From the NCBI GenBank assembly GCA_051294375.1, contig CM119265.1:13446124-13510123 (forward strand): a DNA stretch of 64,000 bases, written 5' to 3'. Shown here piece by piece: positions 50,583 through 64,000 of this stretch. The first letter of the stretch is position 1. Each line of letters starts with the position of its first letter. The position numbers and the translations under genes are program-made. The notes under the pieces are model-generated. The model worked only from the letters and a program-made list of their open reading frames with translations, had not been told where the DNA came from and did no database searches. This DNA comes from Paraspadella gotoi (lineage: Eukaryota > Animalia > Chaetognatha).

Positions 50583-53500
50583 ATGAATTTGACCAAAGAA
50601 GAGGAATGGATTCGCCGAATGACCGAAAACGAGACGATGCCATCCGCTTGGGAGAGAAAGGTTTGTAGAAATCCATCATGAGTTCCTCTTAATATTGTCT
50701 ATGTTTAATTACAAATTTTCTCTCTGAATCTGCTGCCAATATTTCATATTAAAATGGACTCGATCCGTCTTCAGATTCGCGAGGAAGAAGGCGCGTCCCC
50801 AACCGGCCTTTCTCTCCACTTGGTCGCGGTCCGTCGTCCTCCCTCCGTCGACGATCGTCTGGAGATTTCGAGGCACCGTCTCCGCCTAAGCCTCTACGAC
50901 GCCGCCTACAAACGTTTCGTCGGAAGAAGTTGGACGAGCGACGCAGCGAGGGCCGGCGGCAGAGGCGTTGGCGTCGATCTGCCCGTCAACCAAACGGCCC
51001 ACGTATTGACGGATGTGGAAGGCGCCTCGTTGGTTGTGGTGATAGAGTTTTTAGCGGAGGTAAGACAAAATGGACCCAGGTCTTCGAACGCGACGACGAT
51101 CGGCTGCGGCTGGACGATGCTGCGGCCGCTGGATTCGAGGACGCTGCCGGATTACGTATCGCGGTTTCCTGCCCCGCGAACGCGTAAGCCGCTTTATTAT
51201 GGGTCGCCGATGGCTCTCCAGTTTCTGGAGGAGCCGTTAGAGGCGTCGCCATTGCTGAAGATGAAAGAAAACTCGGAGGTGGAGGTCGCCTGCAGCAAAT
51301 TCGATAATTTGACGAACTTCGAAGACACGATTCCGCTCAACGTCTTCTTTGCGGAGAACGCCGCATTCTCCGGTTAGATTTGTTTGGAAGCAAAACTAGC
51401 AGCTCGAGGCAGTGATTAAAATCTAAAAATTATAAAGGCCTTATTTTAATGAGTCATTCTTTCGCCATTCTCGACAGGTTTAACGTTCGTCAAACTATCT
51501 CCTTCATCTTCATCCCCCTCATGCCGTCTCCATCGACTCCGTTCCACATCCGTCGTCCTCTCCAGCCTTAATCTGCGCCTCCACACGCCGCTGGTAGAGT
51601 TCGAGGCGCAACTCAAGTCCAGCGTCGCCGCCGACCGACTTGCCGCCGACGCCGCCGCTCTCGGGGACGCTGGTCTAAAATTGAGGATCGTCGAGAGGCG
51701 CCTCAAGGTCGGCGTCCACAACGGCATCAAGTTCATCGCCGAACCCGTCGTCGTGAGTCTCAGAGTTTCCAACGATGACGACGACGATAAGGCAAACGTG
51801 ACTTCGAAATCCACCGCCAGGAGGCGGGCGTCGCAGTTTAAGTCCTCGCGAAGATTCTCGACGATCGACGTCGCCAGCGGCGGCCCAAAGCGTCTCCACG
51901 TCCCGACATCTCTCTCAGTCAACGGACTTTTTAACGACGAAAACTGCGGCCTCGTGTTCGTCGTGGAATATTTCCTCTCTCTTCCAATGAGCGCAATGCA
52001 GAGCAAAACTAAGATGACCGCTTCGTTAGCTTCCAGGTTTGTAATACTTTTTGGTTGTTTTGAATTCGAGAAAAATAAAAGTAGTAATTTGTCGGATAAT
52101 TGAAAGTGAAATTAAGGTTGTGAATTGTTGTAACTTTATTATATATATATTATTAACTTCATTAATATTTGTGACTGGTTGGTTGATTGGTTTCATGACC
52201 GGTTATTTAAAATTCATCTATTAATTCATCTATTAATTTATTCATCAATTGAATGTTTGATCTATGGAATGAATTATCTATTGATGAATTTGATCATTTA
52301 TATTATGCCATTTCCCATAACTTCCCTCCAGCTTCGGTGGCCACAGCGTCTCGGAATCTATCACCGTGGCGGCGTTTTTCGCCGTCTGGCTTCCTTTCGT
52401 CGCAGAAATCACGACGCCGTTTAAGGTAAAAGACGCCGCCCGTCTCTCCCTGCGAGGTGGTCCCGGAAGAACGCCGGACGAGGCGTTGCTGCTGGCGCCC
52501 GACAACGACGGTGCTCGAAGAAGCGATGAAACGGGCTCGGAAGTCGGAACGATCCTTTTCGACTATTCCTTCAGTCACGACGAAGATCGGCTGCGGTTGG
52601 AGAGAGGGTCGACACCGTCGCCAGTAAAGAAATCGCCGCCGATAAAGGCCCCAACCGCTGCGGAGGCGGAAGCGCTGCGCCCAATTTCGGGCGAGGGCGC
52701 GCTCGTCGAAACGACGCCCTCATCGACGCCTTCGCCTTTGAAAAAAATGGTGTCCATCACGACTCAGACGTCGATTGACGCCTCAGCGCCTGTCACCGCT
52801 CACTCCGCCCCCGCTGAGCCAGATTCTACCCCGCCAACGACATCTGGAGTTTCCCCTTCCCTTCAACTCCGCGAGATCTCGGCTGGCGTCTTCTCGGCTG
52901 CGCCCCTCGTTTCTCTGCGCCCTCTATCCATTTCTCCCCCCGTTCGCGCCTCCCGGGCCGCCCACGCCGCGGTCAAGCGCCTGGGTTTTCCGGAAGTGGT
53001 CGACCGTCACGGGAATCCAGCGCCGCCCGCGGACGAGGAGGCCATGGCGGCCTTGATGCAGGCAGGCAGCATCAAGTCGGCCCGGCACGCGGTCGGCGCC
53101 AACTTGCTGGGCCAAAGGCTGACGTTGCAGTTTTTAGCGCTCGGATTTTCGGAGATTAGATCGTCGACGTCGTCGTCGTCGCCTCGAAAAGTCTTCTTCA
53201 CTTTTCAATTCTTTCGATTTTCGCCGACGAAAACCTCGACGCTCGATCTCGGAGAAATTGAGGAAGATTTGCTGAGCTTCGCGCCGCAAGGATCCTCCGC
53301 GCAAGTCTTGCGGAAAAAGTCTTGCAGCTCGCCGCATCAACAATCGTCGAAGCAGCAACATCCGGCGGTCGAGTCGAGGTTGAATTCTCCCCCCGGATAC
53401 GCGGAATCCTTTTTCGTCGGTGTGAGTTTGTCTTCAACGCGAGACGTCGACGATCTCATGGAGCATCTCTCGACGAGCCGCTTGCACGTCGACGTCTGGG

Positions 53501-55119
53501 ACGCCGACTCGTTGCTTCCCCTCGGCGTCGCCTTCGTCGATCTACGAGGATTTCTTCGATCGTCAGCGACGGAAGCGTCAATGACTTTGATGGAGACTGA
53601 GGTGGTGGCCGGAAACGACGGCGGGGCCGCGTCCGGCGCCGACTGGCACCCATCGAGCGAGGGTCGGCTCTTGACTGACCAGTGGCGAGATGATGGCTTC
53701 GTTTCCGGAACGATGACGACGTCGACCGTTCTAGGGCGTCTCTTGATTCGCTGCTCCAACGTTGGTTTCCCGATCGACGCCGATGAGACTTGGGTTCGGC
53801 GTCACGCCGCAACTAACGATGGCGCTGCCGTCGGTAGGCTAAATTTTTTGCCCCATGGCGCGTCGAGTTCGACGTCGGAGGGCGCTCGAAGACTTGTTAA
53901 GTTTCCACGATTTAATTTATGCGGCGAGTCTGTCCTCGATCGCTCGACTCATGAACAAATGGTCATCCCGTCTCTATTGGAAAATTTCCGTACCTGTCAG
54001 GTTCGCTCTGCTTTTGCCCAATCCGGCGAGACTGGCGACTGGGCAGGCGACGAGGTTGTTCGCAAGACCGTCGACTCCGCTCGCAATAAACGGATAGAGA
54101 GGCTACAAAAGATAGAGAGGATGACATCGGAGGCGAGAGGGAGAGAAGAGGATCGTCGTGGGGATCCTCTCGAGCCGCCAAAATCCGCGGAAACTCGGAT
54201 GAAGCATTCGGTGGAGACCCGATGGAAAGAGTTGACGTCCGTCCACTACGTCCGCAATCGGACCAAAAGAGAGAACATCCTCAACTCTCTCCGCGATTCC
54301 ATCTCCGCGACGCTGCAACTCCGCGCCGTCGTCGGCCGTACCGAGTTCTTCGAGGCGCAGGTCGCCAACCCAAGGAACCGGCAGAGCTGCGTCGAGATAG
54401 TAATCGACGGCGCCTCGGAGGCATCGGCCTATTCTAAGAACGGACCGGAAATGAAACTTGTCACATCCGGTGAAGATTGGCAGCGCTTGAAGACCGCCTT
54501 CGGAGTCGTCACTCCGATGGAGGACAAGATGTTCGAGATTAAGCGAGACGAAAACGATTCCGATTCCCAATCATCGGCGAGAGAGAATCTTGGAAAGGAT
54601 CGTCGACCGTCGTTGCTCTACCTCCGTCCCTTGGAAACCGTTTACGTTCCCTTCACCTTCTTTACCCTTTCGTTCTCCAACTCTGGCGTCGAGGACGACG
54701 TCAAACAGTTCGTCGTCACTTTTCTCGAACTTCCCGAACGCCGTCCTTTGATGGTGCTGCGAGTTCGAGTCGCGTTGGCCCGCCCTGTTTTGGACCGTCA
54801 CTTCCGGTTCGATCACGCCGAGCAAACTTTCGTGAAGCGGGTGGTACGCGTGCCCGAGGCAGCGTGGAGGGGAGCCGAGGCGCGAGGCGGAATCGTCGGG
54901 GCCGCGTGCAGCGACGAGAGCGTCATCGTTGAGGCTCGTCGAGTTAAGGATGACGAAGTCGGCGGCGGCGGCGACGCGCTGGTTTCGGCGCCGCCGACAG
55001 CGGGCAGTGTCGACGTATTTTTTAAGGCGGCGTGTCCTCCGGCACCCAGAGTCATGAGTTTTATTATCGCTATCTACAGGGACAGTCTGCGGATTGAGCC
55101 ATTGCAAGTGAGATAAAGG

Positions 55120-55206
<87 letters not shown>

Positions 55207-56106
55207 GCGACAGAAAGTTTGAGTGACAGAAAGAATGAGCCACAGTCAGAATGAGCGACAGTAAGAATAAGAGACAGAAAGAATGAGCGACAGAAAGAAA
55301 GAGCGACAGAAAAAAAATGAAGGACAAAAAAGGAAAAAAAGAAAAAAATGGACAGAAACAGAAAAGAAAGGAAATGAGAGAGATAAAATAAATAAAAGAT
55401 TGAATATTTTAATTTCTTTACCCCTTTTCTCCAGATTTGGTCCGTCTCCATCCACTGCCTCCAAAGAGTCGACCTTTCTCCCCCTGTCGGTCAGTCTTCT
55501 GTGGCGACACTGACTTTAAAAAATCCGACCGGGGCCGGCAAAGAGCTTGAACTCTACGCCTCCGATCCCAGCGAGACCGCAACGTCGCCACCGGCCGGAG
55601 AACCCTTCCTCCTCCCCGCCGGCGGGCTACAGGAGCTTGCCGTGCGGCTGCGCCCCCTGCGGAGCGGGCGGCGCGTCGTCAGAGTCAACGCGGTGGAGCG
55701 CGGATCGTCCGGCGTCGAGTCCGGAGATCGACGTCTCTTCCGCGCCTGGATCCTTCGCCTCGACGTTCAACCGCCCGTCGTCTCCAAAGCCTTCGAAGTC
55801 CGCATCCCCGTCGGCGCCGCTGACGGGGCATCGGAGACGCCCTCCGCCGCCGGCCTCAACAAGTGCGTCGACTTCACGAATCCTTATTCTGCCTTCAAGA
55901 CTTTTTGCTTCCGGAGCGATCGACCCGATTTGCTCTGGTTTCGTCGAGACGAACTCCGTTTCGCCCCAAGAGAGACGCAAATGGTCGGGCTGCGGTTCTC
56001 CGCCGCACCGAGAAAGATGCGGGCGGCGCACCTCGTCAATATCTTCGTCAACGACGAAAAAGATAAGAACGAGGAGACTTTCGCGGTTAGGGTCGTCTAC
56101 ACTTGA
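50583..56106 (+). CDS. NPHP4: Nephrocystin-4, ~1560 aa (exons 50583-50660, 50775-51372, 51478-52036, 52332-55107, 55435-56106)
   Basis: Phase-consistent open spliced frame of 4683 nt. NPHP4 motifs: LRLSLYDAAYKRFVGRSW, LYYGSP, ERRLKVGVHNG, LQFLA..VFFTFQFFRF, LHVDVWDADSLL, GRTEFFE, LYLRPLETVYVPF, IWSVSIHCLQRVD, IFVNDEKDKNEETF. Confidence 0.95.
55120..55205. repeat. (GAAA)n microsatellite in the last NPHP4 intron
   Basis: About 21 perfect units. Confidence 0.95.
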
Positions 56107-56504
56107 GTTCGATCGGAATTTAATCATGGAGGAGTCGATATGATGTTCTGAAATTCTGCAATAATTGTTTGAATTTTGAATTTGACAATTAAAATATTGA
56201 AATATACGGATAAATATGTTTTAAGTTCATGCATGATTAATCGGTAAGATAGGGTTTTTGAAAATTTGATTAAAAAAAAAGAGCACCCTGATGTTCAAAC
56301 AGACCCAAATTATCTATAGAGGGTGATAAAGCCTATTCGTCTTAAAAGCTAAACAAAAGACTCCGCACGCAAGTTCTCTTTCGCGTTGCTACGAAACAAC
56401 TCTCTGTTCGAACTTTCTATTCCATAGAAAAAATCAAGACAATGTCGTATTTTTTATCTAAACTGTATAAAATTGTATAACATAAATCAAACGGTTGACG
56501 AAGT

Positions 56505-58069
56505 ATGACTCCGGACGATCGACCTTCGTCCCGACTTCGCGCCCTCTGGGCCGAAGAAGACTGCGCCGCCGTCCTTCAGATGGCCTCCGATGTTGCCGTA
56601 AACGACACCCAACTCGGCAGCGCCCTTGCGAACTTAGACTCCGTCGCAGCCGCCGCAGGAAATTCTGGGGCGGCTCGAACTACGCCGCTACATCTGGCGG
56701 CAGGCTTCGGTAAAACCGCGGCTGTTCGGCGCCTGCTCGACGCCGGTCAAGATGCCGCCGTCCGCAACGGCGTTGGCCGCACGCCGCTTCACGACGCTTG
56801 TCTCGGCGGGCATGCCAAGACGCTGCTCGCATTGGTGGAGCACGCCGCCGACGCCGTTGACGCTGTCGACAAGGACGGTCGGACGCCGACGCACCTGGCC
56901 GCCTACCACGGAGAACTCGATTGTTTAGCGATTCTAGCTGACGCCGGCGCCGATCTCCGCGCTCAAGACGCCGAAGGATGTCAACCATGTCACGCAGCCG
57001 CACAACGCAATCATGCCGGCGTCTTGGCGTTTCTGTTCGACCGCGGCGTGGATTTCGGCGTCGTCTGCCGCGCCGGGCGTCTCCCCGCTCACTACGCGGC
57101 GCGCTACGGCGCCCTCGACGCGTTGGCGCGTCTCACGCGTCACGAAGCGGATTTGAGTCGAGGCGACGAAATGGGGAATCTCCCGCTGCATCTCGCCGCC
57201 AGGTGAGTTTAACTAAGAATAGACAAGCTGTTTCTAATCAATCAAGCCAATCAATAAAGCAAGCTAATTAATAGTCATTAGTCAATTAAGGAAATGAAAA
57301 TGTTTTTTTTTTTAACTTTATTTAATATCTTTTTTAATTTTTTTCTTTCTTTTTCTTTTTTTTTCTTCCTAGAATTTTTTTTTTTGTTGGTTTCTCTCTT
57401 TCGAGCACCTTTCATCTTTGTTTTTTTTTTTTGCTTTCAGAATTGTCTATGTTTTTCTTTATTTAAATAATTTCTTTCCCAACCCTCAGACACGGTCATC
57501 TCGACTGCGTCCGCTTCCTCGTCAAAACAAAAGTCCCCATCACCTCTTCTCGTCGGGACGGCAAACTCCCGACCCACGTGTCGGCCCAGCACGGCGCCAA
57601 TGGCTGCCTCCACTGGCTGCTGGAGAAGGGCGCCGACCCGAACGCCCGCGACGCCGACGGCAACGCCCCTGCCCACCTCGCCTGCGAGAACGACAACGCC
57701 GAGTGCCTCAACTGCCTCCTCAACCACGACGCCTTCCCGCACGCGAAGAATCGAAAAGGCGAGATCCCGATGGACGCGGCGCGACGCGCCGGCCACCCGT
57801 TGCGCATGCGCCTGGCCGTCGACGACGACATCAAGTGTCCCTTCTGCGTGCAAAAGTTCAAGAGGCTAGAATGGGAAAAGGCGAATCAACCGACGCACGT
57901 GGAAGCGGCGCTGATTCGCACGCGGAATAGCATCTACAACAACCCCGTTCCGAGCGAGGGCGGGAAGAAAGGCGGGGGCGATAGGGGCGACGAAGGGGCG
58001 GAGGAAGAGGGGAGGCCAGGGTCGGAGAAGAGAGATCTCACTGCCAAGTATTACGGCGAGCATTTCTGA
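56505..58069 (+). CDS. Ankyrin-repeat protein, ~425 aa, ~9 repeats (exons 56505-57202, 57490-58069)
   Basis: Repeated TPLHLAA/TPLHDAC/TPTHLAA/LPAHYAA/APAHLAC..G..GAD.NARD..G motifs. Phase-2 intron AG|GTGAGT...CAG|A joins the exons in frame. C-terminal CPFC motif. Confidence 0.9.
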
Positions 58070-58805
58070 GAAATGAGAACGAAGTGATCTCTCGAATTAG
58101 TAGAGTCAGACAATGCTGATCTCGAATTTTGGAGCCAATGATGAAGATAATAATTCATAATAATTCATTGGCCAGCGGAGTTTGCATTGTCCTTGGGTGT
58201 CCGGGTTGATCGCATGGAAAAATGTTTAATGTGCAATAATCTTGGGTCATGAATAACAGCGTCATAGACGTTCCTCTCATATGTGCAATATTTTTTTATG
58301 ATGAAAACCGTGACTTTTTCAAATTCGCATTGTTAATGTGTAGATAAAATTTTCTTAACGTGCCGGAAAGAAAGCTACTTAGAAACTAAGAAACGGCACA
58401 AAAAGTTAATAGAAAAACAATCGAATGTTCTCAACTTGTTTTAATCTTCTTTCCTCTGATGAAAATAGGAAAAAAAGTTTCCTAAATTAGCCGAGCAAGA
58501 TAAACTCTCAAGCCAAGTTGCTGGAATTCATTGATTGGTCGATTTGCCCACCAATCACTTCGTTAATTAGCTCATCGAAACACATGAGTGGTTGACCTAA
58601 AAGAAAAAAACTCGGTTGGTTTCTTATCTTTTTAACTTATTTGGTTCAACTTTTTTTTTAAAGTTTATAAAACTGCGATTTAATTTTTTTTTCCTAAACT
58701 TACTTTTTTTTCCATTGTTGAGAGAAAAACATTGATCTTCCCTCCCAATCTTGGATTCAACGATGGAAAGGGAAGAGGAATAGATGAGGTGATTGGAGGC
58801 AAATC

Positions 58806-59146
58806 GGCCTTTTTTTCCAAAAACGCCCTATTTCATCTTAAATTCGAAATTAAGATTCTGGATTTAAAGATTAAATTAGGGTTAGTTAGTTAAGGATTAT
58901 GTTAAGGATTAAGGTGAGTGATTAGGTTGGTGACGAGGATTAGGGATTAAGGTTAAGAATTAGGGTTTAAAGTTAAGAGTTAAGGTTAATGATTATGGAT
59001 TAAGGTATAAGATTAAATAATAGGTTAAGGTTAAGTATTAAAATTAAAAATTAAGTTATAAGTTTATTAATAATTTAGCATTAAATATCAAGGTCAAAAA
59101 TAAGTTTAGGGATAAAGAAAATGAGGCGCTTTTGGAAAAGAGACCC
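58806..59146. mobile_element. MITE-like element with ~30-bp imperfect TIRs and a degenerate TTAGGG/TTAAGG interior
   Basis: ttttccaaaaacgccctatttc versus the reverse complement of gaaaatgaggcgcttttggaaaa. Interior has a 6-nt periodic telomere-like pattern. No clear TSD. Confidence 0.55.
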
Positions 59147-59466
59147 ACAAAATTAAAACACAAAAAAAAAGTGGGAAAGGAGAAGCAGATTGAAGAAAAG
59201 AAAGAGAGAATCCTTATTGAGCAAAGGGCGTCTCTGACCTTTCAATGAAAAGTTCCCCGCAGAGAAGTTGTTTTTTTTAAGTTGTTTTTAAGTTGTTTTT
59301 AAGTTTTTAAGTTGTTTTTTTAATTTTTCTGCGTCGGAAGCAGATCTAACTCGGTTCAAACTATCATTTTTTTTTAAACGCAAAATTAAAAACATTAATT
59401 CCGTAACGAAAAAAGGTGGGAGAAAAAAAATTCGTCTAAGTCTATTTCGGCTAAAATGTTCTACCG

Positions 59467-63951
<4,485 letters not shown>

Positions 63952-64000
63952 CTGGAATCATTCGACCAAATAATTTCTGTCTTTGTCTCAGCCCTCTCTT

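Noticed and set aside
52575-58063. Many overlapping and antisense ORFs within NPHP4 and the ankyrin gene
   Set aside because: Expected shadow ORFs of GC-rich coding sequence; no independent motifs.
58456-58500. Third hammerhead (CTGATGA followed by a hairpin)
   Set aside because: No GAAA or NUH after the stem.

Overview
Eukaryotic animal genomic DNA with GT-AG introns, CpG-rich exons, AT-rich introns and many (GA)n/(GAAA)n tracts. The MMP resembles Drosophila Mmp1, which suggests a protostome invertebrate (inference). 1-23.9 kb is a duplicated, partly palindromic block, rich in indel errors and broken by N gaps. It carries the 3' end of a TRPM-type channel gene and up to four copies of a GT92/DUF23-like Golgi glycosyltransferase gene whose DxD and His motifs are lost; the copy number is probably an assembly/haplotype artefact. 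24-38.9 kb is non-coding and repeat-rich. 38.9-49.5 kb holds a tandem array of three divergent LicD/fukutin-family genes: two intact type II membrane proteins and one pseudogene interrupted by a 2-kb hAT-type foldback element. 50.6-64 kb holds NPHP4 (5 exons), an ankyrin-repeat gene and a probably GPI-anchored matrix metalloproteinase on the minus strand. Two minimal Penelope-type hammerhead ribozymes, a tRNA-Gly-derived repeat and a minisatellite built from an MMP splice donor are also present. The best candidate for new biology is the LicD phosphotransferase array, possibly together with the neighbouring pseudo-GT92. All family calls come from recognising motifs by eye; no database search was run.
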